DNA of 19,487 nt, taken from positions 4,752 to 24,238 of the forward strand of contig CAZOGP010000004.1 of the NCBI GenBank assembly GCA_964579775.1, read 5' to 3'. Of the stretch, positions 7,103 to 13,820 are shown in pieces. The first letter of the stretch is position 1; every line of letters starts with the position of its first letter. The position numbers and the translations under genes were made by a program. A model generated the notes under the pieces. The model did no database searches, was not told the DNA's origin, and saw only the letters and a program-made list of their open reading frames with translations. Source of the DNA: an uncultured Candidatus Saccharibacteria bacterium. GTDB taxonomy: Bacteria; Patescibacteriota; Minisyncoccia; Portnoybacterales; GWB1-42-6.

Positions 7103-7337
7103 AATTAAATATTTAATTAAAATAAATAATTATTATAAGGGTTAATTATTATGTGGAAAAGCTTGTTTTTCGGGGATAGTTATGGAAAAAAATGAATATT
7201 TTACTGTTGATAAAGGCGGGACGGGACGGGGTTAGTTTTAGGGTTAGTTTTTTTTAAAAAGATATTAAGTTTTTACCGGAATCTTTTCCACTAAGATATG
7301 AACATTATTATAAACAGCCTTATCAACAATTTGTTGG
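7103..7337. promoter_or_regulatory. Candidate oriC segment in the dnaA-dnaN spacer (AT-rich tract plus DnaA-box-like 9-mers)
   Basis: 7101-7150 is 47/50 A+T. One-mismatch matches to TTATCCACA/TGTGGATAA are TGTGGAAAA (7152-7160), TGTTGATAA (7205-7213) and TTATCAACA (7320-7328). A G-rich block spans 7215-7231, a tandem 12-mer GGGTTAGTTTT(A/T) spans 7229-7252, followed by T8/A5 runs. Confidence 0.55.
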
Positions 7338-8714
7338 TTATTTACTGTAGATCCTTTCTTTAATTAAATTGATCTCTTGTTGGAGGGTTTCGTTTTTTTC
7401 AACCTCTTTGGTTAATTTGTCGCAAGCGTACATAACGGTGGTGTGGTCCCGACCCCCTAATTTTTCACCAATAAAAGGAAAGGATTTTTTTAATTCTTCG
7501 CGCATCAAATACATCGCCACCTGACGAGGATAGACGACTTCCTTTCGGCGGCAGCGGTTTATCAGTTCGCTGGTGTTTATATCATAAAATTCAGCCACGG
7601 CCTGGATGATGTTTTTGTGGTTAGTTAGTTTTTTCGGGGAATTAATGATGTCATTCAGCGCCTTGGCCACCATGGTCAGGTCGGGATTGGCAGAGAGAGA
7701 GCCATTTGAGGCAATAATACGGTTTAGCGCCCCCTCAAGCTCTCGGATATTTTTTTTAACATTAACCGCGACGTAGTTTAAGATTTCGTCGGAGACGGTA
7801 AGCTTTTTTTCGGTGAGCTTGCTCTTTAAAATCGCCAAACGGGTTTCCATGTCTGGTTGGGAAATATCAGCGATCATTCCTCCCTCGAAGCGCGACCGCA
7901 ATCTTTCTTCCAGGGTGGCGATAGCCTTGGGGGGCCGGTCGGAACTTAACACGATCTGCTTATTTTTTTGGTACAGGAAGTTAAAGGTATGGAAAAATTC
8001 TTCCTGGGTTTTTTCCTTTCCGGACAAAAACTGAACATCATCAATGATCAGAACGTCGACTTGCCGGTAACTTTCTTTAAATTCTTCAATTTTGCCGTCG
8101 TGTAGGGAGCTGACGAGCTCGGAGGTGAATTTTTCCGAGCTGACGTATTTTACTTTCTTCTTCTTTTTATATTTTTCAACAATTTCGTTGCCCATGGCTT
8201 GCAGCAGGTGTGTCTTTCCCAGCCCCACGCCGCCGTAGATAAAAAGGGGGTTATAGGCTTCGCCGGGGCTATTGACCACTGCTTTGGCGGCCGCTTGCGC
8301 CAGCTCATTAAACGAGCCGACGATAAAATTACTAAAGGTATATTTTGGATTAAGGTTGGTTTCTTTATCAACCTCGAATTCTTTAAAGGATTGAGTTTGA
8401 TAGGCCAAGCTTTCTTTTTTGGCGGCACCCTTAATCTGTCCCTCGGTCATAACCAATGAAGCGGAGGGGCTGGCGCTGATGATGAACCGTAGTTCTTTAA
8501 TATCGCCGGAAATATTCCGAAGAGATCTTAAAATAAGCTTGTTATATTTATTCTCCAACCACTCCTTACTGAAGCCATTGGGTACGCCAATAATCGCTAT
8601 TCCGTCTTTGTTTTTTAGAATAAAGGTGTCGCGGAACCAGGTAATGAAATTAGCCCGCGAAATATTCAATTCCACTTCTCCGAGGGCTGTTTGCCAGAGT
8701 TGTTCGTTGGTCAT
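7338..8714 (-). CDS. dnaA: Chromosomal replication initiator DnaA
   Basis: Walker A GGVGLGKTHLL, LIIDDVQFL, sensor region and C-terminal DNA-binding KSFPFIGEKLGGRDHTTVMYACDK. The ATG at 8714 gives the typical N-terminus MTNEQLWQTALGEV. An upstream in-frame ATG at 8795 would add 27 Pro/Ala-rich residues and seems less likely. Confidence 0.92.
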   Translation of the reverse strand: MTNEQLWQTALGEVELNISRANFITWFRDTFILKNKDGIAIIGVPNGFSKEWLENKYNKLILRSLRNISGDIKELRFIISASPSASLVMTEGQIKGAAKKESLAYQTQSFKEFEVDKETNLNPKYTFSNFIVGSFNELAQAAAKAVVNSPGEAYNPLFIYGGVGLGKTHLLQAMGNEIVEKYKKKKKVKYVSSEKFTSELVSSLHDGKIEEFKESYRQVDVLIIDDVQFLSGKEKTQEEFFHTFNFLYQKNKQIVLSSDRPPKAIATLEERLRSRFEGGMIADISQPDMETRLAILKSKLTEKKLTVSDEILNYVAVNVKKNIRELEGALNRIIASNGSLSANPDLTMVAKALNDIINSPKKLTNHKNIIQAVAEFYDINTSELINRCRRKEVVYPRQVAMYLMREELKKSFPFIGEKLGGRDHTTVMYACDKLTKEVEKNETLQQEINLIKERIYSK

Positions 8715-8850
8715 ATTATTGATAGCCCCTTGCGCCGGCCCAGGCTGGGCTGGTGTAGGGGCGAAAACAGGGTTGGTCCTTCCTAGTAGTAGCATAGCAC
8801 ATCGTCAAGTTTAAAAAAATATAAAGAAAATAGCAATAAAAAGAGAAATT

Positions 8851-8870
8851 TGTTGATAAGTTGTGGATGG
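8851..8870. promoter_or_regulatory. DnaA-box-like pair in the rpmH-dnaA divergent spacer
   Basis: TGTTGATAA (8851-8859, 1 mismatch) and TGTGGATGG (8862-8870, 2 mismatches) lie in tandem, upstream of dnaA. Confidence 0.45.
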
Positions 8871-8904
8871 AAGGTGGACTGCCTTAAAAAGGTAAAAACT
8901 TAGA

Positions 8905-8933
8905 TTGACTTTTGGATCTTTAGATAGTATACT
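8905..8933 (+). promoter_or_regulatory. Sigma-70-type promoter for rpmH operon (TTGACT - 17 nt - TATACT)
   Basis: -35 at 8905-8910 and -10 at 8928-8933, 30 nt before the rpmH ATG. Confidence 0.5.
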
Positions 8934-8962
8934 TATTCTAAGTTAATTATTAAAATACTTCA

Positions 8963-9097
8963 ATGAGCGTCACTTATCAGCCGAAAAAAAGAAAAAGGAA
9001 GAAAACCCACGGGTTTTTGGTCCGACAAAGGACCTCCTATGGCCGTCGGGTCCTGGCGAAAAGAAGGAGAAAGCAGAGGAGAAAATTATCGGTTTAA
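8963..9097 (+). CDS. rpmH: 50S ribosomal protein L34
   Basis: Not in the ORF track because it is short. Manual translation gives [44 protein letters not shown], which carries the L34 signature TYQP.KRKR...HGF..R. It sits directly upstream of rnpA. Confidence 0.9.
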   Translation: MSVTYQPKKRKRKKTHGFLVRQRTSYGRRVLAKRRRKQRRKLSV

Positions 9098-9102
9098 GTT
9101 TT

Positions 9103-9444
9103 ATGCTTCCAAAGACCAATCGGTTAAACAAACAAAAAGATTTTGACGACGTTTTTAAGCGCGGCAAAATTAAGCAAGACGGCTTTTTGGCGGTGAGAGT
9201 AAAATTAAACCAGCAAAAATTTTCTCGGTTTGGTTTTATTGTGAGCTCCCGCGCGGCTAAAAGCGCGGTTACGCGGAATCGCTTGAGGCGGCAACTAAGT
9301 GAAATTATCAGGCTGAAGCTGCCAGAAATTAAGAGCGGTTTCAATGTTGTCTTAACGGTTAAGTCCAGTTTAGCGGGAGCGGAGCATCGGGAAATGGAAA
9401 AAATTTTACTAGGCTTATTGGCCAAGCTTGAATTATATGGTTAA
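9103..9444 (+). CDS. rnpA: Ribonuclease P protein component
   Basis: 113 aa and basic. LPKTNRLNKQKDFDDVFKRGK...AVTRNRLRRQLSE carries the RNR motif region. It occupies the conserved rpmH-rnpA position. Confidence 0.88.
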   Translation: MLPKTNRLNKQKDFDDVFKRGKIKQDGFLAVRVKLNQQKFSRFGFIVSSRAAKSAVTRNRLRRQLSEIIRLKLPEIKSGFNVVLTVKSSLAGAEHREMEKILLGLLAKLELYG

Positions 9445-9667
9445 GAAAGCGATTATATTTTTAATAAATATTTATCAGTCAATATTATCGCCGGACCAGG
9501 GCGTTTTTAGAAACAGCGGGGCGACCTGCCGTTTTTTTCCCACCTGCTCGGAATACACCAAGCAGGCGGTAGAAAAATACGGGGCAACGATCGGCCTGAT
9601 CAAGGGGTTGGCCAGGGTGGGCCGCTGTCACCCGTTTCATCAAGGCGGCTGCGATCCCCTGCTTTAA
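9437..9667 (+). CDS. yidD: Membrane protein insertion efficiency factor YidD
   Basis: YQSILSP...CRFFPTCSEYTKQAVEKYG...RVGRCHPFHQGGCDP is the YidD signature. The ATG at 9437 overlaps the rnpA stop (ATGGTTAA). The track's TTG at 9428 is an alternative start. Confidence 0.88.
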   Translation: MVKKAIIFLINIYQSILSPDQGVFRNSGATCRFFPTCSEYTKQAVEKYGATIGLIKGLARVGRCHPFHQGGCDPLL

Positions 9668-9669
9668 CC

Positions 9670-9705
9670 GCGGATAGAGCGGATTTCGGGCGGAGGGGCG
9701 CGGAT
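9670..9705. repeat. Cluster of GCGGAT(A) hexamer repeats between yidD and yidC
   Basis: GCGGAT occurs at 9670-9675, 9679-9684 and 9700-9705, with GGCGGAG between them. Confidence 0.5.
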
Positions 9706-9738
9706 AATTAATAATTTATTACACCGAAGAATTAAAAT

Positions 9739-10467
9739 ATGGGAATCATTGGCGCTTTATTTAACGAGATTCTTTATCGGCCGTTGTTCAACGGACTTAT
9801 TTTTTTATATAATGCGGTTCCGCCGCATGATTTTGGCGTGGCAATAATTTTATTGACCGTCATTATCCGGCTGATCTTGTACCCCCTGAACCAGAAGGCG
9901 ATCGTTTCTCAAAAAAGGCTCAGCCAGCTTCAGCCACAGGTTAAAGAGATCCAATCTCAAAACTCGACCAACAAGATCAAGCAGTCCCAGCTTTTGATGG
10001 AGCTTTATAAAAAGAACAATGTTAATCCAGCCTCCGGGTGTTTGCCGCTCTTACTTCAGTTGCCGATCTTGATTGCCTTGTACCAGGTTTTTTGGAACGG
10101 ATTAAATCCGGATAGCTTAAGCGCTTTATATTCTTTTGTGAGCCGGCCGGAGGTGATAAATCCAATGTTCTTAGGGTTGATGAGCCTGGCGAAGGCCAGC
10201 CCGGTCCTGGCGATCTTAGCCGGGGCGTTCACTTTTTGGCAGTCAAAAATGATGGTGCCGCAGCCAGCCGCCGCTGGCCAAGGCAGTGATTTTGGCGCCG
10301 CGATGAACAAGCAGATGCTTTATTTCATGCCGCTGTTTACTGTTTTTATCGCTTGGAGCTTGCCGGCGGGGCTGGCGCTTTATTGGGTGATAACGACGCT
10401 AGCGGGCATTTTGCAGCAATATTACGTGATTAAAAAAAATGGAACAGGAAAAATTATCAAAAATTAA
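9739..10467 (+). CDS. yidC: Membrane protein insertase YidC (short form)
   Basis: 242 aa and multi-TM. Motifs include ILLTVIIRLILYPL..K, ELYKKNNVNPASGCLPLLLQLPILIALY and LALYWVITTL. Confidence 0.9.
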   Translation: MGIIGALFNEILYRPLFNGLIFLYNAVPPHDFGVAIILLTVIIRLILYPLNQKAIVSQKRLSQLQPQVKEIQSQNSTNKIKQSQLLMELYKKNNVNPASGCLPLLLQLPILIALYQVFWNGLNPDSLSALYSFVSRPEVINPMFLGLMSLAKASPVLAILAGAFTFWQSKMMVPQPAAAGQGSDFGAAMNKQMLYFMPLFTVFIAWSLPAGLALYWVITTLAGILQQYYVIKKNGTGKIIKN

Positions 10468-10921
10468 AGAAATAATAGAAGAGATCATAAAAACCACGGG
10501 CGTTGATGGGCGCGTGGCCGAAATTAACGATTCAGAAAGCGGAGTTTTGGCGCGACTGGAGAGCCATGAGGCGGGGTATCTCATTGGGCGCAACGGGGAG
10601 ACGTTAAGGGCTTTGCAGCAAATTATCAGGGCGATAGTCAACAAAAAGATCATTGACGCGCCGCGCTTAACGATTGACGTTAACGGTTATCAACAGGAGC
10701 GGCTGGAAGCGTTAAAAAGCGCTGCGTTGAGCTTGGCGCAAGAAGCGGCGCAGCAGAGGGTTTTCCGTTATTTGCCGCCGATGAACGCGTATGAACGGCG
10801 GGTGGTGCACACCGCGCTGGCCGACGTGCCGGGCGTTAAGACCGAGTCGGAGGGCGAGGGGGAGAACAGAAGGATTGTGATAAGGCCGACCACGGATAAC
10901 GCAGATTTTGGGCGGATCTAG
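10439..10921 (+). CDS. jag: Jag/SpoIIIJ-associated RNA-binding protein (KH + R3H domains)
   Basis: GYLIGRNGETLRALQ (KH GxxG) and PPMNAYERRVVHTAL (R3H). It overlaps the yidC 3' end by 29 nt, in the conserved yidC-jag order. Confidence 0.85.
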   Translation: MEQEKLSKIKEIIEEIIKTTGVDGRVAEINDSESGVLARLESHEAGYLIGRNGETLRALQQIIRAIVNKKIIDAPRLTIDVNGYQQERLEALKSAALSLAQEAAQQRVFRYLPPMNAYERRVVHTALADVPGVKTESEGEGENRRIVIRPTTDNADFGRI

Positions 10922-10954
10922 CGGATAAAATTTAAAGTATCCGCACTAATCCGC
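10912..10954. repeat. GCGGAT/ATCCGC repeat cluster with GCGGATA...TATCCGC hairpin just after jag
   Basis: GCGGAT occurs at 10912-10917 and 10921-10926, and ATCCGC at 10939-10944 and 10949-10954. There is a 7-bp stem (10921-10927 / 10938-10944) but no T-run. Confidence 0.5.
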
Positions 10955-10986
10955 GATGAATCGGCGTAATCGGTGGTCTTAGCAGA

Positions 10987-12405
10987 ATGTTGGCAAAAAA
11001 GATTGCCGTCAATACGATAATCTCAGTCGCGTCGCGTGTCGCGGGTACTTTGTTGGCGCTGGCGACCATCGGCTTAATTACCCGGTATCTGACAAAAAAT
11101 GAGTGGGGCGAGTATTCGATTATGCTTACCTTTGGCGGTATTTTCGCGGTCTTGGCCGACCTCGGGCTTTATCAGCTGATGGTTCGCGAAATTTCAAAAC
11201 CCCAGGCCGATGAGCATAAAATTGCCAGCAATATTTTTTCTCTTAGGCTGTTCAGCAGCCTTTTTATTTTTGCCGCCGCGCCCTTGGTCGGTCTTCTTTT
11301 CCCTTATTCGGAGCAGGCTAAACTTGGGATCTTAGTGGGCATGGCTGGTTTTTGGTTCTTAGCCGACAGCCAGGTATTGATGGGTTTATTCCAGAAATAT
11401 CTCCAGATGGGGCGAGTGGCAATGGCGGAGCTAGCCGGTCGAATTGTCCAGTTGGGGTTGGTTTGGCTATTTATTAAACTGGAGTACGGTTTTTTACCCA
11501 TCGTGGCCACCTTGACCGTCAGCGGCGCGGTCAATTTCATCCTGGTCTTTTGGTGGGCCCGTAAATATTGCCGCTTGTCTTTAGCTTTTGACTGGTCTTT
11601 TTGGAAAAAGATCGTTGAGCAAAGTTATCCTTTGGCGATCGCCAGCGTTTTGATAATGATTTATTTTTCTTCAGATTCTCTATTTTTGTCCGCGCTTAAG
11701 CCCGCCGCGGATGTTGGCGTCTACCGCCTGCCTTATAAAATTTTAGAAAGCTTAATTTTTTTCCCGGCCATGTTCGTGGGTTTGATTATGCCGCTCCTGG
11801 CGCGGGCGGCCCAAGCCGATAAGGAAAAGTTCAAAAATATTTTTCAGCGGGGCAGCGATATTTTAATGGTTATCATTGTTCCTTTAGTTTTCGGGACCTG
11901 GATTCTTTCTCCCGCCATCATTGATCTTTTGGGCGGCGGCCAATACAACGAGTCCGTGGCGGTTTTTAATATTTTGATTATAGCGGTGGGCATAATCTTT
12001 TTAGGTACGCTTTTTTCATATGTTTTAATTGCCCTGGAAAAACAGCGGTCTCTGCTTTGGATCTCGGCCACGGGGGCGATTTTTAATGTCGCCGCCAACC
12101 TTATTTTTATTCCCCGTTATTCTTATTACGCGGCCGCCAGCACCACGGTATTAACTGAGGCGTTGGTGTTGGTGTTAATGGCGGTTATGGTTTATCGTTT
12201 TTTCCGCTGGCTGCCGTCGTTTAAGATAATTTTTAAGACCCTGCTGGCGGCCGCGGGGATGATGGCGGTTTTGGGGTTCTTGTCCGGCTGGAATTTGGCG
12301 TTATTGTTGACCGTCGCGACGATTGTTTATTTTGGACTTTTATATTTGCTGCGCGCATTTTCCCGGGCCGAGATATCAAGCTTAATAGGGGGCGGAGAAG
12401 GTTAG
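10987..12405 (+). CDS. MOP-superfamily polysaccharide/lipid-linked oligosaccharide flippase (Wzx/MurJ-like)
   Basis: 472 aa with about 12-14 predicted TM helices. N-terminal KKIAVNTIISVASRVAGTLLALATIGLITRYL..EWGEY is the pattern typical of Wzx-type 'polysaccharide biosynthesis protein'. Confidence 0.75.
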   Translation: MLAKKIAVNTIISVASRVAGTLLALATIGLITRYLTKNEWGEYSIMLTFGGIFAVLADLGLYQLMVREISKPQADEHKIASNIFSLRLFSSLFIFAAAPLVGLLFPYSEQAKLGILVGMAGFWFLADSQVLMGLFQKYLQMGRVAMAELAGRIVQLGLVWLFIKLEYGFLPIVATLTVSGAVNFILVFWWARKYCRLSLAFDWSFWKKIVEQSYPLAIASVLIMIYFSSDSLFLSALKPAADVGVYRLPYKILESLIFFPAMFVGLIMPLLARAAQADKEKFKNIFQRGSDILMVIIVPLVFGTWILSPAIIDLLGGGQYNESVAVFNILIIAVGIIFLGTLFSYVLIALEKQRSLLWISATGAIFNVAANLIFIPRYSYYAAASTTVLTEALVLVLMAVMVYRFFRWLPSFKIIFKTLLAAAGMMAVLGFLSGWNLALLLTVATIVYFGLLYLLRAFSRAEISSLIGGGEG

Positions 12406-12434
12406 GCTTGCTTTAGGTATAAGATTTAAAATTT

Positions 12435-13820
12435 ATGAAGCGTCAGCCCTGGCTAACTTTACTTTTGTTGCTTTTAGTCGCCTATCTCCCCTTTCAGGTT
12501 GCCCTGAATTTATCGCCTGATATCGACCTGATGTCCGGCCGGGTTTTGGTTTTGGGGCTGTTTTTTCTTTGGCTGATAAAAGAAACAGATCAACATAAAT
12601 TTTGGTGTCATCCCGGGCTTGCCGCGGGATCCAGGTCCCAAAACAAGTCCGGGGCGACAAAATTCTGGATTCCCGCTGGAGTTTACCCCGTACTGCGATA
12701 CGGGGCGGGAAGGACAGAGGGGTGGGCGCTGGTCTTATTTTTTGTTTTATCCGCAGTTTCAATTTTAGGCGCCGTCAATCAAGCCTGGGGTTGGCGTAAA
12801 CTTTTGTTTTTTGCTTCGATCTTTCCCCTTTTTTGGCTGACCGCGGCGTTGGTAAGAAATAAAGAACACACGAGGAAGATAATTTATATAATAATTGGCA
12901 GCGCGGCCGTTTCCGCCATTGTCGCCTTGGCGCAATTTTTAGCGCAATTTATTTTTGGGCTGGCCGCGGTTATGAGTTTTTGGTCGGTGCATATTTTACC
13001 GCTGTTTTCCGGCGCGGGTTTTGGTTCGCTGGTCGCGTCAAATCCCAGCTGGCTCGTAAATATTGGCGGGCAAACTGTGATGCGGGCCGTTGGGCTGTTT
13101 CCCGATCCGCATATGCTGGCTTTTTATTTGGGCCTCACTTCCCCGTTCGCACTGGCGCTGGCATTTTTTGGCCAGCGGCACCGCGGTATTTTTTTTACTG
13201 TTTACTGCTTGCTGTTAACCGTTTTATTCCTAACCTTTTCTCGAGGCGGCTATTTGGGGCTGTTATTTAGCCTGGCGGTTTTTATTTTTTTTGCCTGGCA
13301 GCGTTTTGGCAACAAGGCCAAAAAGTTTCTTGGCGCGACATCTTTATTGCTGGTAGTGATTTTGCTCTTGGTTGGCTGGCCGGTGGCAACGCGCCTAATA
13401 TCAAGTTTTGATTTTAGGGAAGGTTCAAATATGGGGCGCTTGGTTGTTTGGCAAGATTCCTGGGAGATCATCAAAAAAAGTCCGATTATCGGGGTCGGAC
13501 TGGGTAACTATTCTTTGGCCGTCAACTTCAATCAGGACTACCGCAACGCCGTCACTAGCCATAATTTATATTTGGACCTTTTGGCCGAGACGGGTCTTTT
13601 AGGACTGGCGGCGTGGCTGACGGTTCTGGGGCTGGGGGGTCTAGCCGCGTGGCGAAAGATAGGGTCGGAACCGGTTGTAGCGTTTAGTACACTGTCCGCC
13701 CTGGCTTATTTTGGCGCGCATTCATTTTTTGAGACCGCGATTTTTAATCCGACCGGGCTGGCGTTTTTAATGATAATTTTAGCTCTGTCTGTGGCGGAGA
13801 CCAAAGAAGATGTTCTATAG
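12435..13820 (+). CDS. O-antigen ligase family (Wzy_C domain) membrane protein, paralog 1, carrying an intragenic palindromic repeat
   Basis: Polytopic membrane protein. Motifs are FSRGGYLGLLFSLAVFIFF, GVGLGNYSLAV and SHNLYLDLLAETGLLGLAAWL (Wzy_C/WaaL-like H-N-x-y-L..e.G motif). Confidence 0.8.
   Translation: MKRQPWLTLLLLLLVAYLPFQVALNLSPDIDLMSGRVLVLGLFFLWLIKETDQHKFWCHPGLAAGSRSQNKSGATKFWIPAGVYPVLRYGAGRTEGWALVLFFVLSAVSILGAVNQAWGWRKLLFFASIFPLFWLTAALVRNKEHTRKIIYIIIGSAAVSAIVALAQFLAQFIFGLAAVMSFWSVHILPLFSGAGFGSLVASNPSWLVNIGGQTVMRAVGLFPDPHMLAFYLGLTSPFALALAFFGQRHRGIFFTVYCLLLTVLFLTFSRGGYLGLLFSLAVFIFFAWQRFGNKAKKFLGATSLLLVVILLLVGWPVATRLISSFDFREGSNMGRLVVWQDSWEIIKKSPIIGVGLGNYSLAVNFNQDYRNAVTSHNLYLDLLAETGLLGLAAWLTVLGLGGLAAWRKIGSEPVVAFSTLSALAYFGAHSFFETAIFNPTGLAFLMIILALSVAETKEDVL
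12606..12717. repeat. Palindromic repeat family copy B, inside CDS 12435-13820
   Basis: TGTCATCCCGGGCTTGCCGCGGGATCCAG (12606-12634) and CTGGATTCCCGCTGGAGTTTACCCCGTACTGCGATACGGGGCGGGAAGGACAG (12665-12717). The region is translated as CHPGLAAGSR...WIPAGVYPVLRYGAGRTE. Confidence 0.8.

Noticed and set aside
7307-7312. Minus-strand TATAAT as the dnaN promoter -10.
   Set aside because: There is no acceptable -35 or extended -10 at proper spacing. It could be real but is unsupported.
8715-8795. 27-codon N-terminal extension of dnaA from an upstream in-frame ATG.
   Set aside because: The extension (MLLLGRTNPVFAPTPAQPGPAQGAINN) is Pro/Ala-rich and unlike DnaA domain I, whereas the ATG at 8714 gives a canonical start (MTNEQLWQTAL). 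It is kept as a possibility only.
12433-12762. 109-aa minus-strand ORF, and the 65-aa ORF at 17104-17301, both containing ...RGKL(Q/R)RESR....
   Set aside because: The shared peptide is simply the translation of the palindromic repeat family. The first is antisense to a well-supported Wzy_C gene and the second overlaps the 3' end of the pilin-peptidase gene.
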